This document shows, in pieces, positions 38,471-55,296 of a DNA stretch of 64,000 nucleotides. The notes under the pieces are model-generated. The model made no database searches and had not been told where the DNA came from. It saw only the letters and a list, made by a program, of their open reading frames with translations. The stretch's first letter is position 1. Each line of letters begins with the position of its first letter. The translations under genes and the position numbers were made by a program. The DNA is from the human T2T-CHM13v2.0 reference genome, Homo sapiens. Location: NCBI RefSeq assembly GCF_009914755.1, contig NC_060927.1; one strand, written 5' to 3'.

Positions 38471-39954
38471 ATCACATTGCATTTTAATTGCTTATACACA
38501 TGTCTGTCTTTCCTGCTATATTGTCAGCTTCTCAGAGTAAGAACCACATCTTCTTCATCTTTCCTCCTCGGGGCTTAGCACAGTGCCTAGTACATAGTAG
38601 GTGCCCATTAGATTTTTGAGGGATGAATGAATGAATGTCCATGTGGCCACACAATGAGTCCTTTCATAATTCTTAGTAGGGAAGGGGAAGAAGAAGGTTG
38701 AAGGAAACCAACATTACCTTTGCTCTTTTAAAGAAAAATTTAGGTCCTTTTTTCACAGCAATAATGATTTTATGATTTCAAGAAATTTTAAAGAGTGCTC
38801 TCTGGTAATTGCTACTTAAGAGGATATGTTAAGTCACACAAAACAGTAATCTCTCCATAAAAGGAGTTCAGCAAATGTTTATACTAAAAATATTACTGCT
38901 GATTAAGTTTGGGCTTGAAAATTAAAAAGGAAAAATTTAAACATGCTTTTTTGTCTATTACCTGTTTCTAACTATGTTCCAGAAGCCTAAAATTCTCCCC
39001 CAGAGTCTTTAATATATTTTTCAGCTATCCCCAGCTCTATAAAGATCCTTTACACTGTATTCAGAGAAACTCAATACTCACACTGTTACTTTTGACTGAG
39101 GTTTTGGTTTTCTTATTTTTTCCTAAACCAGTGCCATCTTTATCTAAAATTCGTTTTACTAAAGTCATTATTACTATAAGTGACACTTGGTTCTCATAGT
39201 GTCTTCCCTAGAGCATATTCAGTTCTTTTCAGCTTCAACTTTACTTTTCTTTTCTTCCTTTCAGTGTTTATTACTGTTTCCTTTTTCATTAATCACAATG
39301 CTGAAATGACTCTGTATATATTCTTTTTATCCTCTAAATTTCACCCACCAGGATATTATCTCCTACAAACTGAGCCCTTTGCCAACTCCATGTCACATTT
39401 TCTTTAAGCAAATAAATTTTCTCCATATGCTTAGCATATACCCCTGAGCCCTATAGCCTATTTCCCCTTTTAAAACAGAAATGGGGAAACAGCTGTTCCA
39501 TTCCTATAAAGTGTGTCCTGTTTTATAGATAACCCTGAACAGCTCTATTTTGATGTCTGCAATATTACTTGGTCCTTGAAATTGTGAATTTCCTGGACCT
39601 GAATTTCCCTTTCACATTTGGGAAAGAAAAATTAATTCTACTGGATGTTTCAGTGCACTACGTAGGCCATGAGGTCTTCTCTAAAAGTTTGTTTTGGTAG
39701 CTACTGAAGGGCTCATTTCTTCCCTGCAGCACAACAAACTTTTTATCTGTAAAGACTCATATTATGTGGCCATCTCATTGAGTGTTTTAGCAGAAGTTGA
39801 TTGTATATATCTGCTGGATCCTATGCTGCCTCCAGAACATACAAGGATGAAAGGACACATTGCCCTAAGGGGGACCACAGCCCAGTAGGGAGGACAGACG
39901 CAATGTGAAGAGTTTTCTAATACCTGAGCCGAAACAACCACCTAGAGTACGAAC

Positions 39955-40148
39955 TAGCAGACTATGGCATGTGGGCTGGCCACCTGTTTTTGTATGGCTT
40001 GTTTTGTTGTAATATAGCTATGCATACTCCTTTACATATTCTCAATGGCTTACATATTGTACAATGTGTAGTTGTGATAGAGATTATATGGCCCACAAGC
40101 TTAAAGTATTTACCTGGTCCTTGAACTTAAAAAATTGCCATCTTCTAG
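39955..40148. mobile_element. MER58-like hAT-Charlie MITE
   Basis: AGACTATGGC...CACCTGTTTTTGTA...GTTGTGATAGAGATTATATGGCCCACAAGCTTAAAGTATTTAC. Confidence 0.65.
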
Positions 40149-40394
40149 CTTAGAAGGAGCATCAAGAAAGTGTATGGTTGGTCACCAAAGAATAGGATAG
40201 TGGAGGACATCCTGGAGGATGACAGCATTTTAAGGGGTAGGTGAAATAAGAAAGTGCATGAAGTGATGGGTTGGGAACCAAATCACAGTGTTCCAGAAGA
40301 CAAAGGAGGAGAGAGTGTCAAAAAGTTGAGAGTTAACATCAGTACCAAATGCCCCAGGGTAATCAAGTGAGGTAATGGTTATGATGACCATTTT

Positions 40395-40640
40395 GTGAGA
40401 ATTCACTTGTGTGCCAGACTGTGTGTTAAGTAACTTACATTCATTACATCAGGACTCCATGTAACAACCCTATGAAGTAGGTACTGTTAATATCCCTGTT
40501 TTATAGATGAGGAAACTAAGGCGCAAAAAGAGCAAGTAACTTTTCCAAGCTCACACAGCTTGTAAATGACAGAGGTAAGGTTCCAGTCTAGGCATCCCGA
40601 TTCTAGGGAGCTTGTAATTTTAATCCCCGTGCTATAGTAA
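40395..40640 (-). mobile_element. MIR
   Basis: GTGCCAGACTGTGTGTTAAG...AACCCTATGAAGTAGGTACTG...TTTTATAGATGAGGAAACTAAGGC. Confidence 0.75.
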
Positions 40641-41457
40641 TTTACAGTGGCATGATGGCGGTGGAAGATAGCTTCAAATGAGTGATAAACGATGTCTACC
40701 ACGGGCAATACACTCATCTGAGTGTTTCTCCCTATCTCATTTCAACAACTTCACTTTATATTTTAGGAAACCAAAGCACACAAAGAGGAACTAACTTGCC
40801 CAAAGCCAGCTATTGAGTGGCAGAGGTGTGATGTGAACCAGGGCATTGTGGAAGGACACAGCTTGGTACCTGACTTAGCCTGAGCTCCCTCCCTACATCT
40901 CTACTGACCCCCATCCAGCCTCAGGCCTTTCCCAGTTCTCTTGGAGATTTTGACCTAAATCTGGTTCTCGCTTCCTTGCTACTCCCTGCACCCCAATGTG
41001 ATAGCCATTTAGGAAAATAAAAAAGAAGAAAGCTCAATGTGTTTTTTAAATAACTTAAGGTGTGGTAGCAATAGAAAACTCATAGGCAGATCAATGGAAT
41101 TATACCATAGCATATGTATAATTTGTGTTTTGATTAAATAAAAGTGTCATGACAAGAAAGTGAGGAAAGGAAGAATCATTTGGCAAGACATTGGGACAAT
41201 TGATTAAATATTTGTAAAGGTAACAGAGTTAGAGCCCCACATTATACTCAACAAAATCTATTCCATATGGATTTAAGTTACATGCTTTTTTTAAAGATTA
41301 AATTATTTTAAACACTAGATTATGTACTTTGAAATAGAGATAATTTTTCTAAGCATAACTGCAATGAAAAATGATATATTTGATCTCATAATTTAAAACA
41401 TCTGTAAATCGAAAGTCATAAAAATTAAAAGATTAGGCAGCATTAAAAATTAATCTT

Positions 41458-41757
41458 GGCTGGGTATGGTGACTCACGCCTGTAATCGCAGTGCTTTGGG
41501 AGGCCAAGGCAGATTGCTTAAGGCCAGGAGCTCAAGACCAGCCTGAGCAACAAAGAAAGACCCCCATCTCTAAAAAAGTTTAAAAAATTGGCCAGACATA
41601 GTGGCATGTAGCTGTAGTTCTAGCAACTCAAGAGGCTGAGGCAGGAGGATAACTTGAGCCCAGCAGTTCAAGGCTATAGTGAGCTATGATGGCACCACGG
41701 CACTGCAGCCTGGGCAACAGAATGAAAGCCTATCTCTAAAAATGAATAAATAAATAA
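41458..41757 (+). mobile_element. AluJ, inside an old L1ME-like host (~41060-42860)
   Basis: AluJ features (TTGAGCCCAGCAGTTCAAGGCTATAGTGAGCTATGAT), (AATA)n tail, TSD approximately AA(A/G)ATTAA(T/C)CTT. Confidence 0.9.
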
Positions 41758-41871
41758 TTTGTTAAGATTAACCTTAAAATTAATAGAGCCATAAAAGTTG
41801 ATAAGCAAAACATTAAAACTTTCCTTGACAAATGAACAGTTAAGAACATTCTATGCATATAAGAAAATAAA

Positions 41872-42224
<353 letters not shown>

Positions 42225-44219
42225 CTATATTATTTTTACCTATTTACAATATTAGAAAGGTAATATTCAGTGTTTACTGGGGTGTGATAAAAACATACAC
42301 AGTGTTATACAGTGTTGATGACTTATAAATTGACCCAAAAGCTTGTGGAAAAGAGTTTAGAAGTTAAGACCTTTTAAAAACATGTATACCTTTTTACAAT
42401 GCAATTTTTCTTCTAGAAATCTATTCTAAACAGAAATATATAAATGTTACATATAATGATGTTTATTATACTATATTTGCAAAACCAAATTTTTGAAATA
42501 ATCTAAGTAATGATAGAAGAACAAAGAAATATATTGTAGACAAACCATGGTTTACTATAAAGCCACTAAAAATGTTTTTCAAGACTAATGACATGGGGAA
42601 ATACTCATAATATAATATTAAAGGATAAAACATTTGTATATGATACATAATTCCAGACATGTAAAGCTATGTGGATATATACATAGTCTTATTCATATAC
42701 ACACAGAGACAGAACAAAAGTAAATACCAAAATTAGAATGCTGGATATCTTTTACAGTAGGACTGTCTTTTTATAGTGGAACCAAATTTTTTTGGTTTTT
42801 TTTTACTTTTCTGCATTTTCTAAAAATCTCCACAATGAATATGTACTATTTTTATATGAAGGAAAAGGGTAAAAAAAGGTTTTTAAAAATTATGATGCTA
42901 TCAAATTTGTAGTATAGTATTGATAAACCAAATCTTATTTTACTCTGTCTTGTTTATTTACTCCATTAGACTTACATCTCAGCGTTATCTCACCCCCATC
43001 ACGTAAGACTTTAGGGTTGTGGTTCTCGAAGATCAATCCAAACACAAATCATTATGTGAATACTTTTCGTATAGTTGGTAGTCAGTTGATAGGCTAATTC
43101 CTTAAGCCCAGTTTGTCAATAGGAAACTTTAAGGATGAAGCAATGAAGGACCTTGTCCTAAGCTATACCCAAAAACTCTGTAAGAAAAGGCTTTTTCCAT
43201 TGAGAAGCTGGGTGAGAAAATTAAGCATTCTGAAGCAGGGTAGGTGAGCATTATACCTACCTTGAATAATTTACATTAACGGGATACATTATGTATTAAT
43301 AGTATAATAGGTAGTTGAAGTCTCTGTGAATGCCAAAGGGTACTCTTAACAGAAGTACTGTGTTTTTTCCATTGTAACACTTCTCTTCCTTGGGGTTACA
43401 CTCTATAACAAGGGTGAGTGGATAGTAGGTCTAGATGTAGCCTCATAGGCTTTTTTCTTATGAAATTTCTGTTCGGGGAAATTATGTAACTCACATACCC
43501 ACATGTGGGCCACATTAACCTATTTTTTTTTAATGTTACCCTATTCCTCTGTACTTCAGCATTCCACCTCACTCTGGAAATTTTGACACATCCAGGGTAT
43601 ATAGCATTCTTAACAGAAGTTGGCCCAAACCAGTAGAGAATCATAAATCACAGCAGTATGACTTCATCAATCCACAATTAAGAAAACTGTGGCATAAAGT
43701 GGTTTGCTCAGGATCACAAAAATTAAAGCTAAAATTTAGGCTTTCTTCTGTCGCTGTTCTGGGAGCTGTTAACAGGTGTTCCGCAGTGAGGGGTTTGGGG
43801 ATCAAATAAGTTCGAGGATGGCCTCATCTCCATTTCCTTACTTGGACAGTAGTAATCCATATTAATATATTAAAGAATCTCTGCAATAAGACAGATAATA
43901 TTAATAAACCAGATGGGATATAGGGAAAACAAGTATAAATCAGGACTAGCCAAGGCAAACCAGGATATATTTTCTTCCTAGCTAAAAGATAGGATGGGGT
44001 GGAAGGAGTGGTAGAGAGTTACTGACAGATATTTGAACTCAATTAGGTTTAGGTTTTTTTGGAGGAGGGAGGCTGCCGGCCACATGTAGATGAATGTTAG
44101 TTAAATATAACATACATTATTATATGAAATTGGGCTCTACCCATAAAGCCCAATGGATTCTAATAACTTGCTTAAAGACCAGTGCCACCAGCAAGCTGCT
44201 TGTTTTGCCTTCCAAATTT

Positions 44220-44460
44220 GAGAGGCAATATTGCATAGTAGTTAAGAGCAGACTTTGAATCAATATTGTGTAGGTCTAAATCCTGGCTCTCTTTCTTATT
44301 AATGTTGAGCAGGTGCCTCCATTTCTACCTCTGTAAAACAGATTATAACAACAGTACCTGTCTCATAAGATTGATATGGGAATTAAATGAGTTATTTACA
44401 AAGAGCATTTAGAACAGTGCCTTGTACAAAGTAAGGATTATGTAAGAGCTGTTATCATTA
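44220..44460 (+). mobile_element. MIR
   Basis: GAGGCAATATTGCATAGTAGTTAAGAGCAGACTTTG...ATTAAATGAG...TAGAACAGTGCCT. Confidence 0.75.
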
Positions 44461-44743
44461 GAATTGGTTTCTATTCCAAGAATGAAGAATTTATATAGCA
44501 ATGCTTCCAAATGTACAAGTATTCAGGCCCAAAATGCCACCACCAACATCCATGGCTCTGTTCATTTAACTGTAAAAGTTGGGTAGAAAAGATTGAATTG
44601 AAATTGCTCATAGCTTCAAAACTGCCCCAAAATATATAAATGTTCAAACATTTAAAACAAACTAGAAAGGAAGAAGGATTGGGAGCTTTAACATTGCCTG
44701 AAGTTGAGGTCATGTCACCTAAACCCCTGATGTGGACTAATGA

Positions 44744-45043
<300 letters not shown>

Positions 45044-46868
45044 TAGAAAATAACCATTAAGTTTGCTGACTTGCAGCTAGTGACAGAAATTTTGTAGCAT
45101 TTAAGCATCCCATAAAAAGTTGAGGCATTTTTCTTTAGTTGTGTTTTTCAAATGATCTTTTTGTTCTTAGTACTTTGCCTTCTGTCAAATTATCAGGACC
45201 CATGAAATGACTCCAGCTCAGTGTTTTACCATCCTAGTCCAAAAGTTCTAGCTTTAAAGTTTTCTGTGGGAACAGAAAACTTTAAAAATTTTGTAAGCAA
45301 ACTCTAGATCTGTTGTCTCAACTAGGAAAATAGGAGCATTATTGGAATGTACATCAGGCTATAGCTGTTGCCACTAAAAATGGCAAAATGAAAGGAGAAA
45401 AAGGATCACCCACTCTCCTTTCCAGTTCAGAATGACAAGAAAACTTCTGATAGAGAGAATCAAATCACAAGGACTTATATCCAGAAGCATTTGTTTTGTT
45501 AAATCTTTTGGAGAGAAGAAGAGATCTTAAGGAGCTTGAGAGATGGAGAAGATAGATCATGCCCAGTTTTTTGCCGTATGTTAGACAGCAAAAAAGCAAA
45601 AAGGAAGAGATGATAACTAGAAAAAAAAACAAATAAAACTGGACTGGCGCCAATAGAAAGCCCGATGAAGCACCACACGCCCACAGCTTTGAGTGGTCTT
45701 GTGTCCTGGGACCTGGACCCCAGGACTGCAGGACTTGAAGAAGCCAGGAGGCTGAGGGCCGAACTTGCCTGAGCTCCTCCAAGCAGCCCCCTCAAAGCAA
45801 CCAGATGCCCTGCAGTGGGCATGTCAAGCCTGTCTTGCTCCTCCTGGACTCTCCTTCAATGAATTCCTCATTTTCATACAGGCCCTGCCCCATTTTCCTT
45901 TCCTAGTGAAAGTTGTAACTGCTTGCTACATTATCCCCTAAGACAGTCTTGTTTCTTGTTTCTGCCTTCAGAAGATCTTCACAGAGGAGGGAAAACCTGA
46001 GCTGAGGTTTAGAGGGTAGGGGTGAGATTTTGATGGAAAAGGAAAGGAGACAAGGATAAAGTGAGAACAGGCATTCTGAATAATTAGAGTAAATGAGAGA
46101 TACACTTACAGGCCATATGATTATTTGATCATGTGGCCTAATTGACTATAAACCCTTCTTTTCTAGTCATAGCTTATCTGTAGTAATTATTTTGAAAAAA
46201 TGTGCAGAAGCAATAAAAGATTGACCTTCCTTCACTACACAACCTCTGTGAGTATAGGTGGATTCAGAATTGAGAGCCTCTTCCTCCTTGGCTAGGCTGC
46301 TCACTGCCTTTTCCTCCCCTTCCCTTCCCTATGATCTGTGTTGCTGGCATGGCCTTACGGCCTTCACAGAGTTCAGTCTCAGGGTCCTGTTCTTTGGATA
46401 TGGGAATTGTGTTCTTTCTCAGTGATGCTGGTGGGAGTCTCTTAATGGGCTGGGAACATGGTTCTTGAAGAGTAGTTCCCAGCCCTGGCCAAATAAAACA
46501 TTCTGGCTCCTAGGGATTGAGTAATTTTAGCAAAACACTGTAGACTGTTGAAGTACAGCTGTGTATCCAGCATTACTTTTCAGTGTGTATAGTGTAGCCT
46601 TCCCAGAGAACAGCTGATGACCTCTAGAAATATAGAACTTCCCCCACAAAATGATACTGAACTAAATAAAATGGATTTTTAAAAATAGAGCCACAACATG
46701 ATGATAAAAGGAACAATTCTACAGGAAGTCATAACAATTCTAAACTTGCATGCACCTAAGACAGCTATGAAATATGTAAATAAAAATTGGTAGAATTACT
46801 GTAAAACATTGACAAGCTCAAAATGAGAGGGGAAGATGTTAATATACATACACCCCAATAATTGATAG

Positions 46869-47216
<348 letters not shown>

Positions 47217-47279
47217 TAAAACACAAGTTTATGACCATACGTAGACATCTGTACCTAACAATTAGAAACTATATACTCA

Positions 47280-48665
47280 GAAACAGGCTACAGTAACCAA
47301 AACAGCATGGTACTGGTACAAAAACAGACATATAGTCCAATGGAACAGAACAGTGACCTCAGAAACAACACCACACATCTACAACCATCTGATCTTCGAC
47401 AAACCTGACAAAAACAAGCAATGGGGAAATGATCTCCTATTCAATAAATGGTGCTGGGAAAACTGGCTAGCCATAGGCAGCAAACTGAAACTGGACCCCT
47501 TCCTTACAACTTATACAAAAATTAACTCAAGATAGATTAATGTCTTAAAAGTAAAACCCAAAACCATAAACACCCTAGAAGAAAACTTAGGCAGTACCAT
47601 TCAGGACATAGGCATGGGCAAAGACTTCATGACTAAATCACCAAAAGCAACTGCAACAAAAGCCAAAATTGACAAATTAGATCTAATTAAACTAAAGAGC
47701 TTCTGCACAGCAAAAGAAACTATCATCAGAGTGAACAGGCAACCTATAGATTGGGAGAAAAATTTTGCAATCTACCTATCTGACAAAGGTCTAATATCCA
47801 GAATTTACAAGGAACTTAAACAAATTTACAAGAAAAAAACAACCCCATCAAAAAGTAGGCAAAGGATATGAACAGACCCTTCTCAAAAGAAGACATTTAT
47901 GTGACCAACAGACATATGAAAAAAAGCTCAACATCACTGATCATTAGAGAAATGCAAATCAAAACCACAATGAGATACCATCTCATGCAAGTCAGAATGG
48001 CAATTATTAAAAAGTCAAGAAACAATAGATGCTGGCAAGGCTGTGGAGAAATAAAAACACTTTTACACTGTTGGTGGGAGTGTAAATTGATAGTTCAGCC
48101 ATTCTTGGAGACAGTATGGCAATTCCTCAAGGATCTAGAACCAGAAATACCATTTGACCCAGCAATCCCATCACTGGATATCTACCCAAAGGAATATAAA
48201 TCATTCTACTCTGAAGACACATGCACGCGTATGTTTATTGCAGCACTATTTACAATAGCAAAGTCATGGATCCAACCCAAATGCCCATTGATGATAGACT
48301 GGATGAAGAAAATGTGGTACATATATACCATGGAATACTACGCAACCACAAAATGAATGAGATCATGTCCATTGCAGGGACATGGATGAAGCTGGAAGCC
48401 ATCATCCTCAGCAAACTAACCCAGGAACAGAAAACTAAACATCACATGTTCTCACCCATAAGTGGGAGTTGAACAATGAGAACATGTGGACACAGGGAGG
48501 GGACCATCACACACCAGGGCCTGTTGTTGGGTGAGGGGTGAAGGGAGGGAACTTAGAGGATGGGTCAATAGGTGCAGCAAACCACCATGGCACATGTATA
48601 CCTATGTAACAAACCTGCACGTTCTGCACATGGATCCTGGCACGTAAAGTAAAACAAAATAAAAT
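47280..48665 (+). mobile_element. 5'-truncated L1PA (L1PA8-like), ORF2 C-terminus plus 3'UTR
   Basis: ORFs 47353, 47614 and 47868..48356 are frameshifted L1 ORF2p ([12 protein letters not shown]; [13 protein letters not shown]); 3'UTR GGGAGGGAACTTAGAGGATGGGTCAATAGGTGCAGCAAACC. Confidence 0.92.
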
Positions 48666-48734
48666 GAAAAGTTTAAACTCTTTAAAAAAAAAACCCTTGA
48701 AACATTTTTTTAATTGATTAAAAATCCAGCCAGG

Positions 48735-49340
<606 letters not shown>

Positions 49341-49854
49341 TGGGTGCAGTTACACAACTGTATGCATTAATCAAAATCCATAGAACTCTTCAGTAAAAGT
49401 TATTTTTAGTATATGTAAATTATTCCTCAATAAACCTCACTTTAAGAAATAATGATTGAAGCTAACTTCCATTAATTTGTAACACTTGCCCAACATCACA
49501 CAACTAATAATTGCTGAAGCAGAGATTTGAACCCCAGATTATTTTAATCCCACAATCCATAATCTTCCTCACTATCCTTGCTTCAAAAGAAGCTGCTTAC
49601 AGCTTAATGAAATTTCCTTCTATTCCTCTATTATTTTGGTAAGAGGTCTCTTTGATGCTTTTATTTTTAAATCACCCCCCAGAAGTCCCCCACTTCCAGT
49701 CTCTGGTCACTACTGATCCTTTTTCTGCCTCTATAGTTTTGCCCTTTCTAGAATGTTAAAATAAATAAAATCATGCATTATATAGCTTCTTAGGCCTGGC
49801 TTCTTTTGCTTGGCATCATGCTGTTGAAATTCATCCATGTTATGTTTTCTGTTC

Positions 49855-49988
49855 TTTTTCTTTCTTTTTTAGAAATGGGGTCTCACTTTGTTGCCCAAGC
49901 TGGTCTTGAACTTGTGGCTTCAAGGGATTCTCTTGCCTCAGCCTCCCTAAGCACTGGGATTATAGGCGTGAGCTACAACCCCTAGCCT
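49855..49988 (-). mobile_element. FLAM / Alu monomer
   Basis: TTTTTAGAAATGGGGTCTCACTTTGTTGCCCAAGCTGGTCTTGAAC...CTGGGATTATAGGCGTGAGC. Confidence 0.85.
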
Positions 49989-50039
49989 GTTGTTCTTAAC
50001 TGTGAGAACTAATAAAGACAGAGGAGCAAGGTTGTTCGC

Positions 50040-50920
50040 TAGGGCAGATGTAGGTTTTTCTGAGGCCTGAGCTTATGCAATTTCATGGGCCCTCTCTTAG
50101 AAAAAGAATGCAAAATTCCTAATATAAAATTAAATATAAAAGAAAAAAAATTTTTTTAATTGGATATGAAAGAAGTTATTTTAAATAAGAAAAAAATAAC
50201 AGTACTGCCCCAACCACAGCAATTCTGAAAATTGGTATTTTACTCATCCTCATCAAATAAAGAAAAAACATAGTTTCTTTTCAGTCATATACAGTGCACC
50301 ATCTACTATATGTATCCTACAGGAGAGACGTTCCATTTCAAATAGGCAAAAATGAGAACCTAATTCTCTACTTACAGTTTTATATTTTTTATGATTGGAA
50401 GAATCTTCCACTGACTAGTTTGTGGTTTCCTACATTCCAAACCTGGTTCCTCCTCCACTTCCCACATGGTTCTAGGGACTGATGCTCTAGGCACATCTGT
50501 GTCATGATCTACACCCTCTAGCCTTGCCCACTTTGTGTCAGAATGTCTGGTGAGTTAGCACAGGATGTCTAGTGCAGGATGCCAGCACTAGAACAGCTAG
50601 CAATCATTTGATCATAGACAAAAGTGATTGCAAACCACATAAAAATCCCATTAAATTCAAACTAAATGTATGTGCAACTAGCTTCCTCTAAATGGATCCC
50701 CAAAAATGCTCCCAGCCATCCAGCACTACTCCCTGGGAGATACGTGGCAGGAGAATTCTGAGTGGAAACAGACAATGGTCTTAACATATTGTGGTGAAGA
50801 CGGCGGTCTTAACGTACTCTTTTGCACATTTTAAAGAACAATTGACTGTATGATCCCATTGCCAGGGCCCCTCCCAGTGTCTTCAAGAGTTTGTGCAAGC
50901 AAATACCTGAAAACCTAAGG
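50040..50920. mobile_element. hAT-Tip100 DNA transposon remnant (MER115/Zaphod-like)
   Basis: GGGCAGATGTAGGTTTTTCTGAGGCCTGAGCTTATGCAATTT...GGGCCCTCTCTTAGAAAAAGAATGCAAAATT resembles the recalled consensus terminus; subfamily uncertain. Confidence 0.5.
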
Positions 50921-51572
50921 AAAATGATGGGAAACTGAACTTCAGATACTTATCAAAAAGAAGATGAAGGTAGGGATTGAGGTAAAGAGAAGATGTGCAA
51001 CCTTATATTTTCATTTGCTGTTGTTGCCAGGGGTTGAAAAAGGACAGTGTACTTGATGACTCCTCTTTTGGAATAACTTAACCAATCCCATCTGGCAGTG
51101 TCTTTTTTTTTAAGTAGACTCTTCAAGGAGTTGGGGAAGAGGCAGTGCAGTCTTAGTGACTCCACTTAACTGGCTGAATCAACCACTGGGACTGAGTGGC
51201 ACAGGCCCAGCTTAGCCTCCTCGAATCCCAGCAGTCCTGGAGGAACCTGAGTACTGGAGCCAACCTGGCTAGATTGGGTCCCCATACTTTTCTTTCAATA
51301 TTCTCTTAATGGAAATCACAGAACTAGCATCCTTACTTCAGAAAAGCAGTTTCTTCTTTTGGAATCAAAAAACATCACAGGCTAAGGAAACAACTAAATT
51401 ATCCAATTTACAGTGATATAAGATGATCTCATTTTATATGTTAAAAGGTGTCACATAAAATAACTTTTTGGAACAAGAAGTAACAGATTTAGAGCATTTT
51501 ATAAGCAAGGTATTTTAAATCTTTCTCATAGTTTTTGTTGCATAAGTGCCACACATCTTTAAAAATATGTTA

Positions 51573-51904
51573 CAGTCAGCCCTCCATATCCATGGGCTCC
51601 ACATATGTAGATTTCACCAACCACAGATCAAAAATATTTGAAAAAAAATGTGTCTTTACTATGTACAGACTTTTTTCTCTTGTCATTATTCCATAAACAA
51701 TACAGTGTAAGAACTCTATACATAGTATTTATATTGTATCAGGTATTATAAGTAATCTAGAGATAATTTAAAGTATACAGGAGAATGTACATAGGTTGTA
51801 TGCAAATATTACATCATTTTATATCAGGAACTTGAGCATCTGTGGATTTTGGTAGGTGAAACAGGTCCTGGAACCAATCCCCCACAGATACCAAGGGACT
51901 ACTG
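51573..51904 (+). mobile_element. MER2 (TcMar-Tigger), intact
   Basis: TA|CAGTCAGCCCTCCATATCC...GGAACCAATCCCCCACAGATACCAAGGGACTACTG|TA with TA TSDs. Confidence 0.92.
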
Positions 51905-52504
51905 TATTTATTTTCAACTAGATTGCTTAAATATAGACTGTGTTCTTCAGCTAGCAGATTCTGAAGAATGGAGGAATACAGAGTTTCTATTTTTTAAGAT
52001 CATTCATTGATTTTTAAACATTTATGGGGCTGATCCTGACATTTATTTGTAGGTCATTCTTTTTACCTCAAAGGATTTTTATGATATGAGGATATGAGGA
52101 AATTTGTATAAGGGATTAAATGCTTTACATAGAGAATATATGTTACTTTATAATAAAAACGTAAATAAAGCAATAGGTATGGGGAGTCCTTTTTACTTTT
52201 AGTCAACACTGGGTCAAGTACTTTGGGCACTCATATGTACCCTCAGAGAGTTTACAGTTCAGATGGAGAGAAAACCTAACATTTATGCAACACCAGTACA
52301 CATTGTAAGACAAGGTAAAATTATGTGCCAATTTACAAGGTACAGGCTACCAACAGTGTAGAAAGAAGTACAGAGGCAAGAGGAAGAAGGAGAAACATAG
52401 TTTCCCTTAAGGATCCCAGATGAAGATGGGTTGGAGAATATTAAGAGAAAGGAGCCCCCATTGATAGAAGCCAATATAAGAATTTTCACAGAACTTGGGG
52501 TAGC

Positions 52505-54360
52505 CTTTAGATTTCTTGGGATTTTTTATGTACACAATCATGTTATCTGCAAATGGAGGCAGTTTGCTATCTTCCTTTCTAATGTATATGCCTTTTATTT
52601 CCTTTTCTTGTCATATTGCACTGGTTAAAAGTTCTAGCACTGTGTCAAATAAGACTGGTAAGAGCGGACATCCTTGCCTTGTTCCCAGTCAGGAGCAAAG
52701 CTTTGGCCTTTCATTATTAGCCATAATGTTGCTGAAAGTTTTTTTACATGCTGTTTATCAATTTCAATTCTTTTTAAATTTGTTAATGTTTTATGGCCTA
52801 GAATATAGTCTGTCTTGGTAGACCCTCTGTGACACTTGGAAAGAGTGTGTATTCTGCCGTTGTTGATTGGATTCTTCTACAAATGTTGATTATATCCTAT
52901 TGCTTGATGGTGCCACTCAGTTCTATATCTTTGCTGATTTTCTATCTAGTCATTCTCTCAATTTTTAAGAGAGGACTGTTAAAGTTTACAAGTCAATTAT
53001 GGATTTATCTATTTCTCATTTTATTTCTACTAGTTTTTACTTTGCATGCTTTGTACTTCTACAAAGCATGGAGAGCCTGCTGTTTGGTGCATACACATTT
53101 AGGATTGCTATGTCTTCTTGACAGATTACCCTTTATCATTATATAATGTCTCTCTCATTCTCTGGTAATTTTCTTTGCTCTGAAGTCCACTTTCCCTGAA
53201 ATTAATATTGCCACTCTTGCTTTCCACTGACCAATATTTTCATATTATGTCTTTTTTTCATCCCTTTGCTTTCAGTTTGCCTATATCATTATATTTGAAG
53301 TAAGTTTCTTATAACAGCATATAGTTCGGTCATATTTTAAAATTCATTCTGTCAATCTCTGTCTTTAAATTGGTATGTTTGGGCTATTTACATTTAATAT
53401 ATTCATTGATATGTTGGGGGTTTAAATCTGTGTATACGTTTTTTTCTTTTGTTTGATCACTAATTTTTCCATCTCTGTGCGGGGGAGGAGTAGGGGTTGG
53501 TCCCCTATCTTCCTATGGGTTACTTGAACATATTGTAGAAGCCCACTTTGATTTATCTCAGTGTTTTTGAGTACATCTCTCTATGTAGCCTTTTTAATGG
53601 TTGCTGAAACTATTAGTGTGGATTTGGCCTCATTACTGCTGGGTGATATAGAAAGTCATAACTGTCCACTAGGCTTCCTCTGACACCATCCCAGTGGGAT
53701 AGGAAAGATATACTTCATTACAGCCAGGAGGGGATGGAAGTCCAGGCTCCTCATGTGGTCACCATTGATACTGCAGTGGTGGTGGTGGTGGTGAAGTTGG
53801 GGATGGATGAGGGCTCATTACCACCCTCTGGGGATAAAAATCCCAGCTCCCAGTTTGTCTCCAACATCACCCTGGTAGGAGATGGAGCCTTCAGGGGTCC
53901 ATCATGGGGTGCCTCATTACACCCTGTCAAGGGTGGAAGTCTAGGCTCCCCATTCTGTCTTTGGTGGTGAGGATGAGGTCATAGTTTTTTCTGTGCTGTT
54001 TGGCTACAGTCAAGTGGTTATTGTCTGAAAGGTTTTAGTCTTGCTAGGCTTCCTCTTTCGTGGTCATTTTGGTAAAGAGAGCAGACTTTTGTTGGGGCTT
54101 TTTTGGTTGGCTTCCATTGGCATTTCCAGGTAGCTGCCTTCTTCAGCTCCTAGTCTGGGATAATGAGGCAAAAAGATAACCCAGGGAGTTTGCTATTGAA
54201 TTATTCTTGGTCCCTAAAATCTCTAGCTGGTCTGCTATCTTATCTCCACCTTTCAGAGTCTTTCTATTTTTTTTAAATATGTAATGTCTAGGATTTTTCA
54301 TTGTACTTCGCCAGAGGGGTAGGGAACAGTGTAACTACTACAGCTATCTTCCTAGAAGCA
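52505..54360 (-). mobile_element. Old L1M fragments (ORF2 and 5' region)
   Basis: ACAATCATGTTATCTGCAAAT...GAGCGGACATCCTTGCCTTGTTCC...ACACATTTAGGATTGCTATGTCTTCTTG. Confidence 0.7.
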
Positions 54361-54494
54361 GAGATCCTATAAATACTTTTAATGACAATTTAATTGTTCA
54401 TTTTTGAAGGCCCTGTTAATCTGCCTGCTATTTTTCACTACCCTTTTGGGTAGGCTTTTTTTCTCATGCTACACACTTAAGAGTATACATATTA

Positions 54495-55296
<802 letters not shown>

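Noticed and set aside
47868-48356. Longest ORF in the track (162 aa)
   Set aside because: C-terminal fragment of L1 ORF2p in a 5'-truncated, frameshifted L1PA; not an independent gene.
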